DNA of 64,000 nt, from NCBI RefSeq assembly GCF_009914755.1, contig NC_060931.1; one strand, written 5' to 3'. The translations under genes and the position numbers were made by a program. The notes beneath the pieces were generated by a model, which searched no databases, was not told the DNA's origin, and was given only the letters and a program-made list of their open reading frames with translations. Position 1 is the stretch's first letter. Each line of letters opens with the position of its first letter. Origin of the DNA: the human T2T-CHM13v2.0 reference genome, Homo sapiens. Shown one piece after another: positions 14,030 to 30,560 of this stretch.

Positions 14030-14457
14030 CCCCCTAAGGTCATAAAGCCCTCTCTTCGAGATGTCTACAAATAAGCAATACCAAGAGAAATTGCCCACAT
14101 ACACTACTTAGTTGGCACAGCTTTTACTCATCTATTTCCAGTAAGCAGCCACTGTGAGCACACCAAGAGAAAGTGGATAGAGGATGCCTACTCTGGTACA
14201 TGGCATAATCATGGACTGCTTGTGCACTCTCTCTCTCTCTTGGCTGCTGCTATTCTTTCCTGGCTCATGTGTCTAGAGACCTCTACCCTTGGATGTTCTC
14301 ACAAGGGATTAGAGCTGCTTTATTGCCAGGATGTAGCCCTCTGCAGACAGCCCAGCACACTCCCAGGTGTGTAGAGGACCAACGTTCTGGGCCAGTTAGG
14401 AAGGTTGGGGTCACATAGTACCTAAAGGGATCCTGCTGTCTCTGAATGCACCTCACA
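14030..14457 (-). mobile_element. Probable old ERVL-class solo LTR
   Basis: Minus strand starts TGTGAGGTGCATTCAG and has an AGTAAA-type signal (TGAGTAAAAGCTG). GC-richer island. Family not resolved. Confidence 0.45.
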
Positions 14458-14899
14458 TTCTATTGGCCCACAGTTGCATCAGCTGCATTCTTCTTAATTC
14501 TACCCCAAATTGTGTATCTCATTGCAACAGCTAGGTATATGATTTATTGCAGTAGTATACTATCCTTCACAGTACATTCCAGAACTCATTGGTACAAAGC
14601 ATATTTACTACAACTCATCTACAACTTTGAGGTGATCGGCTCTAACAGAGAAATATATTTATAGCAAGGTTACACTTCTGGTAGAAAATCTAGTTTTAAG
14701 TTTAACAAATAAATGTTTACATGTACATTAAAACGTAGAGAACATATACAAGCTTACAATTTGACATAACACAGCCCACCCTAGGATGTCTCATTCTTAA
14801 ATCTTCATGTATCATTATATGATGGTTTTTTCTTTTTAGTAAATCTTGGTAATGGAGTGTTAGACTGTATAGCATTGTTAAGAAAGCACTGAAGGATGT

Positions 14900-15352
14900 C
14901 TAGCCTCAAATATACATATTTAAACTGATGAATAGGTTATGGTAAAATACCCATACAATTGAATGTTGTTCTATAAAAAATGAAGTACTTGATACCTGCT
15001 ACATTATGGATGAAACTTGAAAATATTAAGTAAAAAAGTTCTAGTGACAAAAGACCACATACTTTTTGATATCATATATAGTAAATGTCATATATAGTAA
15101 ATGAATAGAGACAGAAAGTTGAGTTCTGTTTGGCCAAGGCTGAGGGAGGTAAGGTGGGGTGCCAAGCATAGAAGGGGTGATAAGGAGTGTCTGCTAAACA
15201 GGTATAAGGTTGTTTTGAAAATGATGAAAGTGTTCTAAAATTAGATTATGAGGAGGGTTACATACTATAAATATACTTAAAATATTGAATTGTCCACTTT
15301 AAATGGATAAATTTTGTGTATGTAAATTATACCTCAATAAAGCTATTAAAAA
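14900..15352 (+). mobile_element. Old L1M 3' end
   Basis: TATGGATGAAACTTGAAAATATTA...TGTAAATTATACCTCAATAAAGCT. Confidence 0.88.
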
Positions 15353-15541
15353 TACACCTTTAATCAGAGGGTATCATGATCATTTCTGTTAGATCAATTC
15401 CCCTTTCAATCTGGATTGCTAATGACACCTACGGACCACACCACAGTGTGTGTTTCCAATCTAAAGGACCTAAGAGTCTTCTCTCTTTGCTTATTAGTGT
15501 CAACAATATTGTCATGGTGCCTGTTAGAATAATATGTTATT

Positions 15542-15871
<330 letters not shown>

Positions 15872-16149
15872 TCAGCAATAACAAAAGGATTCCAAATGGT
15901 CCAGTGTTTCTACTCATCCAAATCAAGACGTGATATAGCTATACACAGTGGATCTGATGTCTACCTTTGTCAAGGTACTTTCCATCATTACATTTGCATG
16001 TGTAGTATCCATTACTGTCTTTTTGGTTATCTCCTCCATTTGGTGCCCAGAGGCTCTTTATAGAAATGTTTACCTTCATGTGGTATTAAGAGAAGAGGAG
16101 GCTATACTTACAATTACCTCATTTCTTCAGAAATCTTAATGTTATTACG

Positions 16150-18000
<1,851 letters not shown>

Positions 18001-18294
18001 ATCTAAAAACTTCTTTTTGCCCAATTTGTAAGACTTATTTGTGGTGTAGCTAAATTAAGTGTACGAGTTTCCAGTGTCAGCATTAAGTTTTTTTTATTCC
18101 ACTCCTGCAGCTTTGAAAACCTAGTTATTTTCCAGTTCTGGAGTACCTGCATCATACAATTACAACTTGGTCTTAACCCATCTGTCAAGTTTCAAAATAT
18201 TTCCCTTAGTCTCAAAGAAGACCCTACATCCTGTAACACTTCATTAGCCCTTCTTCCCCAGCCCTTAGCAACAACAAATCTGCTTTCTGTATCT

Positions 18295-18535
18295 AAGCAA
18301 TATGACCCAGCAACTCCACTTGTATGCATATACTCTGAAGAACTGAAACAGACATTCAAATACTCATTCATGAGTGTTCACAACAATACTACTGGCAATA
18401 ACCAAATGGTGGAAACAACTCTAATGTTATCAACAGATGAATGGATAAACAAAATGTGGTATATGCATATAATGAAATATTATTGAGCCATAAAAATGAA
18501 GTACTAGCACGTGCTGCAACACAGATGAACCTCTA
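18295..18535 (+). mobile_element. L1M 3' fragment
   Basis: ATATGACCCAGCAACTCCAC...GATGAATGGATAAACAAAATGTGGTATAT. Confidence 0.88.
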
Positions 18536-19669
18536 GATTCTTCGTTTCGATCACTATTCCCATTCGAGAATTATGAAGTTTTCCAGGGCCTGCCATTTGC
18601 AGAAAGTTTGTGAGGAAGAGAGAGAAGGCAATGTTCTAGATGGGCAGGAATTCTCTCTGGTCTGTAGCACAGATACCTGTGTCCATGTAAGTTATTTAGC
18701 CTGTATTTCTCCCCAGGCCAAAGCATCAAGGGCAGTCCACAGGACAGAGCTGTTCTCCTCCAGCTGGCATCCCTCTTTCCAGGGAGAATAGCAGTCTCCA
18801 GTTTTGTCCTGCTTGTCTGAAATCTACAGCTCCACTTCAACACCTTCCCACACCCCTACCTGAAATTCACTCTGCTCAGCAGCCTTTCTCATATTTTGTG
18901 TTTCAGGATTGTGTATCTTTCTTAGTATTGTTGTACCAGGAGTTGAAATTCCTCCTTCTCATTTGTCTTGTTTTTGAATGATGTTCTAGAGGCAAAGGTG
19001 GCTGCAGCATTTTAACTTAGCAATTTTTCTGAGAATAGCTGCATAGTGTTTAAAAAGTACTTTCATATGAATAATCACCTTCTGTCTTGATGACACCTCT
19101 GTGTGGTTGGGATATTATCTCCAAGGTATAAATCACTCAGTGTCAATGAGATAGTAAATGGTGGCAGGTTGATTAGAAATAGGTTCTTTTGTTTCTCAAA
19201 GACTTCTCTTCAATATTTCGTAATGCACTCTGTCAGATTTGGAGGAAATTAAGTAAGATATTTGAGCCTAAATTCTTCATATACCAAAAGGACATTATCA
19301 GGCTATTGAGAGGATTTGATGAAATAATATGCATCCAGTATTAACTATATAGCACATGCTGCTCAATGAAAGCTGAATTGAGTTGAATTGAAGTGAACTG
19401 AACACTGAAATGAAACAAACTGTTACCTTTACTGGTGAATGCATAATTTCCAAATCACTGTGCAAAAGACAATCTTTAAAAAACCTTAAAAACAAGTCTC
19501 AGTTAGGACCAAACATCTCACTTGGCCTTATGAGCCCCGAAGGGTAGCATTGCATTGATCAGTGTTTGACGGAAGGTATAGTATCTGGATGCTCATTTGC
19601 ATGTGTGCTAAGGGTTAAGAGAGAGCTAAAGCCAGCCTGCTGCGGTCACAACAAAACACACCGCTCACC

Positions 19670-19835
19670 AGCTCTGTCACCTCTGGCTGACAAAAGCCTC
19701 CACTTCTCTTTGGAAATTAGTGAAAATAACAGTATCTACTTTACTGATTGTTGAGTTTTAAATAAGATCTGACATATAAAATGTAGAGAACTAGCACATG
19801 GTCACAGGTTGATAAACATCTGAAATTATATTATT
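19670..19835 (+). mobile_element. MIR (further MIR ~19030-19200 and L2 tail ~19330-19400 nearby)
   Basis: GTGAAAATAACAGTATCTACTTTACTGATTGTTGAGTTTTAAATAAGAT; L2 end CTCAATGAAAGCTGAATTGAGTTGAATTGAA. Confidence 0.65.
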
Positions 19836-21749
19836 ATGATTCCACATTCATGCTACCATGGATGAAATTTCTTCACAGGAGACAGAGCATCCCACGCACT
19901 GGGAAAGGGTCTCTCCCATTCAGTTTTGCAGATCAGTCTTTGATGGATAAGCCAGTCTCCTGGTACTTGCTTAGCGTCTGTTTTTCTCCTTGCATCTGAT
20001 CAACTCTGAATGTCTTTAAAACTGCAAAATGCTGAAACTGCAAAGCTGAGAACAAGAATCCAGATCACAAGAATCCTATAAATGGCACAGCCTAAGAAGA
20101 CAGCTGGCCTCCTTAGATGACACTTCTACTCCCACATAACCCAAATTCTAATGGAAGGGATTCGTGTAGAAACCACATCATTCACAGGGACTTGACTGCA
20201 TGCCTATGTTCTTGATGAGCTAAACTCCTCTGGAAGGATGGAGGCTTTCTCCTTTTGCCTCAGCCCACACTATTTATTGAATACCATAACAACCCTCCAT
20301 TTACTCAGAGGAAGTGCTTTGCATTTGCAAATCATTCTGGGAAGCCAAGTGAATTGGCATTTCTAAGTTAAAAATGTTTTGTTTTTTTAAAGGATGCTTA
20401 TCCATTTAAATCCTGAAACAGATCCAAATCTTTACTCATCACATTAAAAAAGAAGAGCATAACACAGAATTCTCCCATTCAAAAAAAAAAATGGTATTCT
20501 TCTACTACTTGTTCTAAATCCAACATACATACCTTAAAGATTCAGATTATGATACCTGAAAGTTGACAGCATCAGTTCGAGGCCCATTGTCATGATGTAG
20601 GTATACAAAACAGAGTTGAAGTATGCTCTTCCTAGCAAAACAGATATGAGTGCTACCATTGTTCACTTGTGAGGAGAATACAAGGCCTAGATTTATTCTG
20701 AAATCAACTCCATGAAGTTTATGAAGGGCCAGAGGAGTCACCTCAGGAGAAGGTGTCAAGAACACAACACATGTAAATAAACGAGGATGGGTGCCTTGCT
20801 TATTTAAATAACTCCTGTGCTCCATGCAGAATCCTTTCACTTTGAAAACACACCCTGCCACAGCAAAAAAAAAAAAAAAAAGTAATAAAAGTTAGGGAAA
20901 AGAAATTTAAATCACTTGAAAATGGAAAACCTTACTAGCATGTTCTGATTGTTATTTTCAAGGAACAGTTAACTACATTAAATAACATCACCCTTGTACT
21001 TCCTAGGTTACCCTGGCACAGAGGCATTTTGTAGATTACAACCACCCAGGGGGCTTTCCAATGATCACTAGAGCATCTTCCCTTGCACCCAATCAGGAAC
21101 CTGTTTGATCTGTTTCTTCCCTTTGTCTGATTCTTGATTCTACTCTCATTTATATGTCTGCCTTTGATCAAAGGCATCTCTCTGACCCTGAATTTCAGCT
21201 CAGTCCCAAACATTTCAAATGAACGTAAGTTTCTGAATCTATCTCATCAATCTCCTTGAGAATTCCACCTTCTGCCACTACTCTGGGAATCAGCCCCAGG
21301 CCCAGTCCTTTTCCCTGTGAGTCACCCAAACTATTTGTTTGTCCAAGAGCAGAGTTCTACCAAGTCTCACCATTGCACACTGGGTTTATACACTTTCCCA
21401 CAGATCAGCAAGATGAATGTAATCCTGAGCTTTGGAAAGATGGTGGTGAGAGTGAGGACACACAATACGTTCTCCTACAGCCATGTGTCACATTCATAAG
21501 GTGTGAAATTTTTACCAAGATTGATATTAACATTACCACAGGAAACCCAGTCTTCTCAGAGACTGAAGATTGCTTCAGAGCCAGTCCTGCTGGCACACCA
21601 AACAATCTGCAGGTTATAAAATTTAACCCTTTATCTACATATAAGTCATCTCCAAGAGCTGCCATGGGCAGCATCTCCAAAATGAACCTTATTCCCTTCT
21701 CTAGAGTACCTGGAATGGCCATTCATCAACAGATGCACTCTCCCCGCTA

Positions 21750-21945
21750 GACCTGCTGTCAACAATGGGCCACTGCCTCTTTTTGTAAACAACAATGGAA
21801 TGATTATCCATTTTTGCATTGTCTATGGCTGCTTTCTCATTATACTGGCAGAGATGAGTAGTTGAAACAGAGGCCTAAATTCCCCAATATCTAAAATATG
21901 TATTCTTTGGCCTTTACATTAAACAAACAAATTGCTGACTACAAC
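21750..21945 (+). mobile_element. MER58A (hAT-Charlie)
   Basis: TTGTCTATGGCTGCTTT...GGCAGAGATGAGTAGTTG..ACAGAG...TGGCCTTTACA...TTGCTGAC. Confidence 0.85.
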
Positions 21946-22399
21946 TCAAGGTCAGGAGGTAGTTGGCTTTTTGATAATGTTGATATTTATTTCTACTTGT
22001 ATGGTGCTCCTCTCTGTTTTCAGTGGTCGTGTTCAGTATCATATGGTGTTCCTCTGACATTGAGGCAGGTAATGGCATAACTCACAGTTAGTTTCTTCAG
22101 AGTGTGAGCCATCCCTAACAGAATATGAATATTAAATGTATAATAGATTTTATAGTTAGATTACAAAGGTATCCATCAGAACCCTCTAACTTAGGATTGT
22201 ACATTCATAACATGCATTAAAATCAATTTTATATTTTAAACACTTTTCTTATTAATGTAACAATTTTTCTTGGTTTTTATAAAATGTCAAAGGGAATTAA
22301 CAATATGGAAACCTCTGTTGCCTACTCCTTTCCTTTGAAGCCTGGGTTATTCTGCAGGAGAAATGCTGCATGTGATCACTCAGCCTGTGCTATAGCAGA

Positions 22400-22483
22400 A
22401 CCAACTGTTCATAGTCTACAATGTAAATAGAGACCCCTAGAGTTGTGCAGTACCCAATCTACACAATTGTAAATGGTGGCCCA
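22400..22483. mobile_element. MER91-like hAT fragment
   Basis: ACCCCTAGAGTTGTGCAGTACCCAATCTACACAATTGTAAATGGTGGCCC resembles the MER91 terminus. Confidence 0.6.
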
Positions 22484-23386
22484 TAAATTTCTTAGCCAAA
22501 TTTAGGAAGCAATTGAGATAAAACAGGATCAGGTTTTCAAATAAGACTCACGAAAATCTCAGATCTTTGTCAGCGCCAAAGCATATTCATAATTTCAAGG
22601 GTACAAGTAACCACGAAGTGTAGTGAAGCATAGTGAGGTCTGGAGTGTTGCCCACAGGTCCCTAGGTCTTTTCTCACTACACTGGACACTGGCTCTATTT
22701 GCATATAAGGTCTCTAAATAATATATATAGCTACATCCTCAGGGGAAAGAAAGGCACCTGGGTCAAGAAACATCTTCAGTTCATACTCAGATAGTTATCT
22801 AGCTTACATGACATTTTCTTCAGTATCATGCCTTATAACTTCATGGATCCCAAGTGTATGTATCATGAGCAATACTAAACAACCAAGCACAGCCCACTCA
22901 AAGCTTCCCATTGATAAGGATTTTCTCCTCTCCCTAGCAAACACTATTAGTTCATTTGCCAGTGAAGCACAGTTATAAGGAGATTTAACTGAATATCCTT
23001 CTTTTTTCCCTGAAGCAGCTCCTTAACTTCTTACTTCCCAGAAGTGTTTGCCAGAGGCAGCCGAAGTGAAAGTGGCCAGGATAGAGTGCCTGACTCATCA
23101 TCCAGAATAAGCAAAAGTAAAGAACCTGGGAATTTAGAAACAGGTCAGAATCTATTTGAAGAGTGACACAGAATTGAGGTTGAGACCAAAAAAATGTGTG
23201 CTCTAAATCATGTTTTTGCAGAAACTAAGTGGAAGTTTCCAGTGTGGATGTCATTTTGGTTGGGAACACACATTTCCTTAGGAAAAGCAGGAGGCTGTGA
23301 TGGAAGAAACTAAGGATCTTGAAATTGGATAGACCTATTACCACCTTCCCTAACTTCAAGACTTCAAGGTACTGTGAATAAGTTAC

Positions 23387-23696
23387 GTGTTGTTGTTTTT
23401 TGTTTGTTTGTTTTTTGACAAAGTCTCACTCTGTCTCCCATGTCGGAATGCAGTGGCATGATCTCGGCTCACTGCAACCTCCGCCTCCTGGGTTCAAGCG
23501 ATTCTCCTGCCTCAACCACCCGTGTAGCTGAGATTAAAGGCATGCTCCACCAGGACTGGCTAATTTTTGTGTTTTTAGTAGAGACGGGGTTCCACCATGT
23601 TGGCCAGGCTGGTCTTGAATTCCTGACCTCAAGTGATCCGCTTGTCTCTGCCTCACAAAGTGCTGAGATTACAGGTGTGAGCCACCGGGCCTGGCC
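23387..23696 (-). mobile_element. AluS inserted within a MIR (~23310-23825)
   Basis: (TTG)/T tail, full Alu body ending CCTGGCC. MIR continues GTGAGGAGTAAATGAGCTA...CACAGTGCCTGG. Confidence 0.95.
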
Positions 23697-25595
23697 TACT
23701 TACTTCTTTAAGCCAGATTTTCTACACCAATAAAGGTGAGCTTGCAATGCCTACTGTGTGGTGAGGAGTAAATGAGCTATAGTATGTGAAGTTCTCAACA
23801 CAGTGCCTGGAATAATGAAAGTCTCTTCCTTTGGTTCCCTTTGCTCCCACCACCTCATGCAGAATTTCAAGCCAAACAAATATACCAAACTACTAAGAAA
23901 AATTATCTGACACTTGGAAATAGGCCATCAAAAAAGACTAAGTTTTCTTTTAGTGCAGCACTGGTGTTAACTTTCTAATCAATAGGCTATTTTACAACTA
24001 TGTGAGGGCTTAGGATACCTTGGAGATTTTTATCCAGTAGAGCTGCAAATAATTTCCATCCAATTGAATATATAATCCCAAATAGCATGGTTTATAGCCC
24101 TGTTGCATATTAACCAACATTGCACTTAATCCATGCATCTACTAAATTGTCCATATATCTATATCTTGGTTATCAATTGTTTTTTGGACTGCTGTTAACA
24201 GCATATGTGTTTCCTCATTATTTTATGATTTGAGGATGATGTCTGACGCATGCTCAATTTATATTTGGATGGAAGACACATTTTTTTTAACATTATTATT
24301 TAGCGAAATGTACCTAATGGTTTACAGTGGGATTCAAAGTCTATACTGTGTCCTTTACAACATGTGTTAAGTCAGTCATAGATTAAGAGGAAACGTTGAC
24401 TCAGGGTACCTGGTGGTAGAGTGTGCACTGTGAGAGAAGAGGAGAAGGCTCTGAATGTATTCAGCAGAGGTCTCTTTATCAACTTACTTACCTCCTACCC
24501 TCTTTTCTCCAAGTGGTAAGTGTGGCATGATGACCTGTGGCATCCATCTGGTTTAGGGAGACCCATGTGGGCAGAGGAAATACACTCTGCTCTAAGCCTC
24601 TCAGGTCAACCCTGTCTTTTGCATTTTGCCTGCCACATTTTTCACAGAATCAGTTACCTTCATCTTCAGAATACCAAGATCTAACAGGCCACCAAGATTT
24701 GGGTATAGATTTAAGATCAAAAAGGCTCAGAATGTCTCTTGATCTTCTCTTAGTTATTTTAAGCCACTTAGGCTAGTTACAAGTTAGACAAAACCAGATA
24801 CCCATGCCATCTAAGATAAATCACTAGAAATTGAGGCAAGATAAATCACTGTAATTTGTGGTAAAACAAACAGTTAAGTTTGCAAACTTTGTCTTCCATT
24901 CACATATCCTCTTTAAAGACTGCAAACTGCAATAGGTGGCTGTGTGAAGACAGAATTATCACATATGAGACCCTGAGGGTCCAGCCAAATACTATTTCTC
25001 CAATGGCAGCACTTGGTTGGGATTAAAATTTACCTAATTTCTTCTAATGAGAACTCTGTCAATGTCTTTTTTTTTTTTTTTTTTTCAACTGCTTCAGAGA
25101 TACTATTCTCTCACCCCTTTACCTTTTACATTCTATCTTCAGGAGTCATCTCATTTATCCCTCTGGGTTTCCAGTCTATCCCCTTGACCTCAAGCTCTCT
25201 AAAGGACATAGCTTTGTTTCCCTTGCCTTTAACTACTTATATCACTTCAACTAAGACATATCACTGCAAATAAGCAAGCTTGGTGTAGAAAGCCTATGGC
25301 TATAAGTAACTGGAAATATTGGGTTGAATATTAAAGGGATTTAAAGATTATACAGGTCTTGATAATTGCTATATTTGCCACTCACGAATGACATTAAGAA
25401 AAATATTTCTTATCACATTTAATGGGAGATATTTAGGGTGGAAGTGCTAGAGAAAATTTGCATATTTCTTCCTTAGTGTGAAATCTATTTAACTGCTAAA
25501 ATTCAAATTATACAGAAAGAAAAAAAAGCATATTCATAAATAAAATTTATTGTAAAATCCTTAAAATTCATGCTTGGAAGCCTATATTCCTTTTA

Positions 25596-25745
25596 CAGAG
25601 TGTTTCTCCACCTTAGTCATACCTTAGAACCCCCTGAGGAGACTATAAATGTGCTGACACTTAGACTGTACTCAAGGTCATTCAGTTAGACTTTGTGGGG
25701 ATGGACTTACAGATCAGTATTTTTCCAAATGTCTCTGGATTCCTT
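25596..25745. mobile_element. MER5A (hAT-Charlie)
   Basis: CAGAGTGTTTCTC...TTAGAACCCCCTGAGGAG...GTGGGGATGG...ATCAGTATTTTT. Confidence 0.65.
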
Positions 25746-26720
25746 TGGGGTTCTGCATTAATGCACTTTCCATGTGTCTACAAGTTAAAAGCAAACTAAA
25801 TTAAATAATGGATGTGGTGTGTTCAAAAGAGATCATAAGGCTTATGTTTTATTAAAAAAGCATATGCAATTTTAAGTGGCGTGTTTCTAATTTATATCTC
25901 ATTTTAAATTAAGTATAATACTAAACACCTTACAAGAGCTACTCAATTAGGATAAGACTATCTTTTCACAGCTTCAACCTTGATGTAACTATATTTGGTA
26001 GGAATGTAATAGTACTTATACTTTCCTAGAAATATCAACCCATCTTTGAACTCTGAAGTGGCTACAATCACTCGCTTGCTCTTTTCCTATCTTTGACTCT
26101 CACAGTCCCTCATGTACAAATGCACACAGATGCCACAACCTCTGATCATGCTTTAACGTGTATGTAGAAGCATGATATTTTATATGTTTAAGGATATTCA
26201 ATAGTTTTACTCGGTTATATTTATTTCAAAGGAACTGCTCTATCCAATATTGAACTTATAAGAACACGATTATTCTCTCAGACTTTCACTGTAATTCTTT
26301 TAGCATCCCTCAAAATGCACTGCTGAAGCAGAAATTACATTTCCAATAATGTCTGTGTCCTGGATGAGTTATGTTAGTTAACTTTTCTTCCTGCTGGCTC
26401 TGGGGCTTGATTGCTTAAATACCTTAGAGATATTATGACTCATACTCTGGTTGGTTGGTGTTTATGAGAACATCATCCAAAAATCAGAGTCTATATTCAT
26501 TTAAACTATAGTGATTGAATTAGTTGATTTTTAGATGAATCATCTGGTGTAGATTAAAACATAAAAATAACCTATACTTCCTAAATGTTGTCAGGTTTTT
26601 AAGAGACTTGAAGAGGTTAATTAGGATAAAGGATAAATAATTATATTATTCAACAGTGTGAGTGCTAAGGCTTAAATCAGCCGATTTTGCTCAATTCCAA
26701 AAATGATTCTTCAAGCACAC

Positions 26721-27104
26721 CGTTTTAGTCCATTCTTATGCTGCTATAAAGATCTTCCCAGACTGGGTAATTTATGAAGGAAAGAGGTTTAATTGACCCA
26801 CAGTCCCACAGTTCCACAGGGCTGGGGAGGCCTCAGGCAACTTAGAATCATGGCGGAAGGGGAAGCAAACAAGGCCTTCTTCATATGCGGCAGGAAGGAG
26901 AAGTGCAGAGCAAGGTGGAAAAAAGCCCCTTATAAAGCCATCAGACCTCATGAAAACTCACTCACTATCACAAAACAGCATGGGGGAACCACCTCCATTA
27001 TCTAATCACCTCCCATGAGGTCCCTCCCCCAACATGTGGGGTTTACAATTCGAATTACAATTCAAGGTAAGATTTGGATGGGGACATACAGCCAAATCAT
27101 ATCA
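26721..27104 (-). mobile_element. THE1C-like MaLR solo LTR
   Basis: GACTGGGTAATTTAT..AGGAAAGAGGTTTAATTGAC...CAGCCAAATCATATCA. Perfect TSD CACAC. Confidence 0.95.
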
Positions 27105-27509
27105 CACACAGTCAAGTGGATTGCTTTATCGTTGACATTTTCAAGGAGGTCAGAGATTAAAATATGCTTAACGTTTCTTTCTTGGGTAGGAACTTACTTG
27201 AAATGCTCCAAATAAAAAATACATTTTATAATTTCATAAGTTCAATAATTGTTTCTGGGCTTTTGTCATGCTTTATGAATTATGCTAGGGGAACATGGTA
27301 TGGTAAAAATTCTCAGCCACACCTGAAAGGAAATCACAGTCAACATACAAATGAAAAATTAAGCAAGTAAGCAATGAAAATGCAATGTTTTATGATGCTA
27401 TCTTGGATAAAGTACAGGAGGTTATGGATTTTGAAAAGAAGGAGATCTAACTGGTTTTGGTGGTCATTGAAGGTTTCTTAAAGAGACATTTAAATGAAGA
27501 CTCGTGAAT

Positions 27510-28278
<769 letters not shown>

Positions 28279-28529
28279 TATATGTAAAATCAGGTATCAA
28301 CCAACCAATGGAAAGGGTATGCTAAGCAAGGATAAAAATGTATGAATGGTTAGAAGCAAGAATACATAATTCATAAACTGCAAGTACTTCAGAAACCTTT
28401 GTGAGGGTTTTTTTATAATTCCCCATAGGTAGAACTGTTGTGGTGTGTGGGTGCATGTTTGCGTGTGTGCGTTTTGCTATAAGATAGGTTAATCTGATTA
28501 GCAATATAAAAATGCTGCTTTAATAACAA

Positions 28530-29597
28530 ACAATAGATTGGAGAGACTTACACTTTCAACTAAAATGAAATAATAGAGGCAGAACTTAACCTTTTTCCTG
28601 AAACAACCAAAAAATTGATAAACTATATCAAGTGATGGTTTTAAGACAAGGAATTTGAGAAAGCAATGGACAGTTATCCCTGAAGGATGTTAAGCAAATG
28701 AAGTGAGGGCTACAATCTGCCAGCTCACTCCAGTGAGAGAGTAGGTACAAGTTAGAGTACAGGTGAGGGAAACCCAGAGAGAGTCCAGGGAATTTTCTGA
28801 GTTAAATAAATATAGCCGGCACTCTGAAGAGACCATAAAAAAGGAGTATCAGAGAGAAGAAAGCTATGTAAAGAAAGAACTCTGAATATCCTCAGAGGTT
28901 TGCCTTCAAGTAGTCATCTAAGTACTAATCACATATATTTCTGAGGAAAATATGATAGGCTGGGAAATAAATGCCTAAAACAACTAGAGGAAACTGTGTG
29001 ATTCAAACAACAGGTCCAGAAACAATGCCTGTTATTTCAAGCCAGACTGGAAAGACTGATAATTCCTAAGACATTGGGGAAGCATGCAGATGTGTGTTAA
29101 TGCAGTAGTAAAGAATAATTAGGATTAGTTTTGTCCCACTCAATAATTATTAAAAATTAGACCTGAAAAGATCACAGCATTTAAAAATAATTTAATTGCA
29201 TCTGAGAACTAAGCTAATGAATATTTATGGAAATACAAAAATAACCAGCACAAAAGAAGATAGATGTGTAATTTCTAACATCCAATCTAATATCACTAGG
29301 TATATAAAGAAGTAAGAAACTATGCAATGTAATGAGTACATCATTAAATCTATTGAAACAAACTGAACAGACGTTAGATTTAGCACATAGAGACTTAAAC
29401 AGATATAACTATTCTACATGTTAAAAACGTTAAGTAGTGATACTGAAGATATAAAAAAGACCAAAATTCAAAATTATATATGAAAATTTCACTGTCTGAG
29501 TTTTTAAAATCTATACTGAATGTGACTGATAGGAGATTGGATATCAAAGATAGAAAGGTTAGTGAATATAAAAATATATCAATAAAAATTGTCAAAT
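28530..29597 (+). mobile_element. Old L1M 5'UTR/ORF1; continues at 38630-39130 and 42403-43166
   Basis: L1M ORF1-like text breaks at ATCAATAAAAATTGTC and resumes at CAGGGACCTCTGGG... and TCAGAAATCATGGAGGCTAGAAG. Confidence 0.7.
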
Positions 29598-29602
29598 GTT
29601 AA

Positions 29603-29891
29603 ATAGTGCCAGTTCCCAAACAGCATGATTCAACTTCATGGTATATTAACTGGCAGTAGTTGAATAGAGTACGAACTTTCTTCCAGTTCTTTAGTCCACA
29701 AATCACAATATAAATAACAGATTTGGATTATGATTAGTGACCAATTATAGCACTTATTACAAAGTCCACTGGTAATAAGTAACTGCATCTGTTATTTAGT
29801 TCCCACACAGGCAGCAAAGCATGAAGTTGTGCTTCTTCCTTGTCTTCATGTGGTAAGTCAGTATGGATAATTAAAATGAAGGATTTGGTTA

Positions 29892-29930
<39 letters not shown>

Positions 29931-30176
29931 CATGCAACAAATAAATGATAAGTGATATATTAGAAATAAAATTTGAATTGAATTAAAATGGAGTTATGGA
30001 AATAAATAGCCAGCTGTGGGAGTATTAACACCAACACTGTTCAAGAAAATATAGATGTGTAGCCACAGAAACTGAATGAAGTGAATCTACTTACATAAAT
30101 GAGGAAAGTGATCAAAATAAAGACAAAGTTGTTGAAGAAGAAGTAACACTGGCAGGAACTTCACATTAAAGGAATT
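29603..30176 (+). mobile_element. Tigger-family fragment (Tigger13a-like) with internal (TA)n at 29898-29930
   Basis: AAATGGAGTTATGGAA...ACATAAATGAGGAAAGTG...AACTTCACATTAAAGGAA. Confidence 0.7.
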
Positions 30177-30223
30177 TGGGGGATTGATATCAGCAAGATG
30201 GTGGAATAAGAGTTTCCAGTCAT

Positions 30224-30560
<337 letters not shown>

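Noticed and set aside
15072-15103. 16-bp tandem duplication TCATATATAGTAAATG
   Set aside because: Ordinary slippage within an L1 relic.
21256-21750. 164-aa ORF (and opposite 105-aa ORF)
   Set aside because: The 164-aa ORF has a TTG start; neither has a recognisable domain or exon evidence. Lengths are compatible with chance.
19595-22704. Isolated perfect octamers ATTTGCAT (~19595, 22697)
   Set aside because: Single 8-mers are expected by chance in 64 kb of AT-rich DNA.
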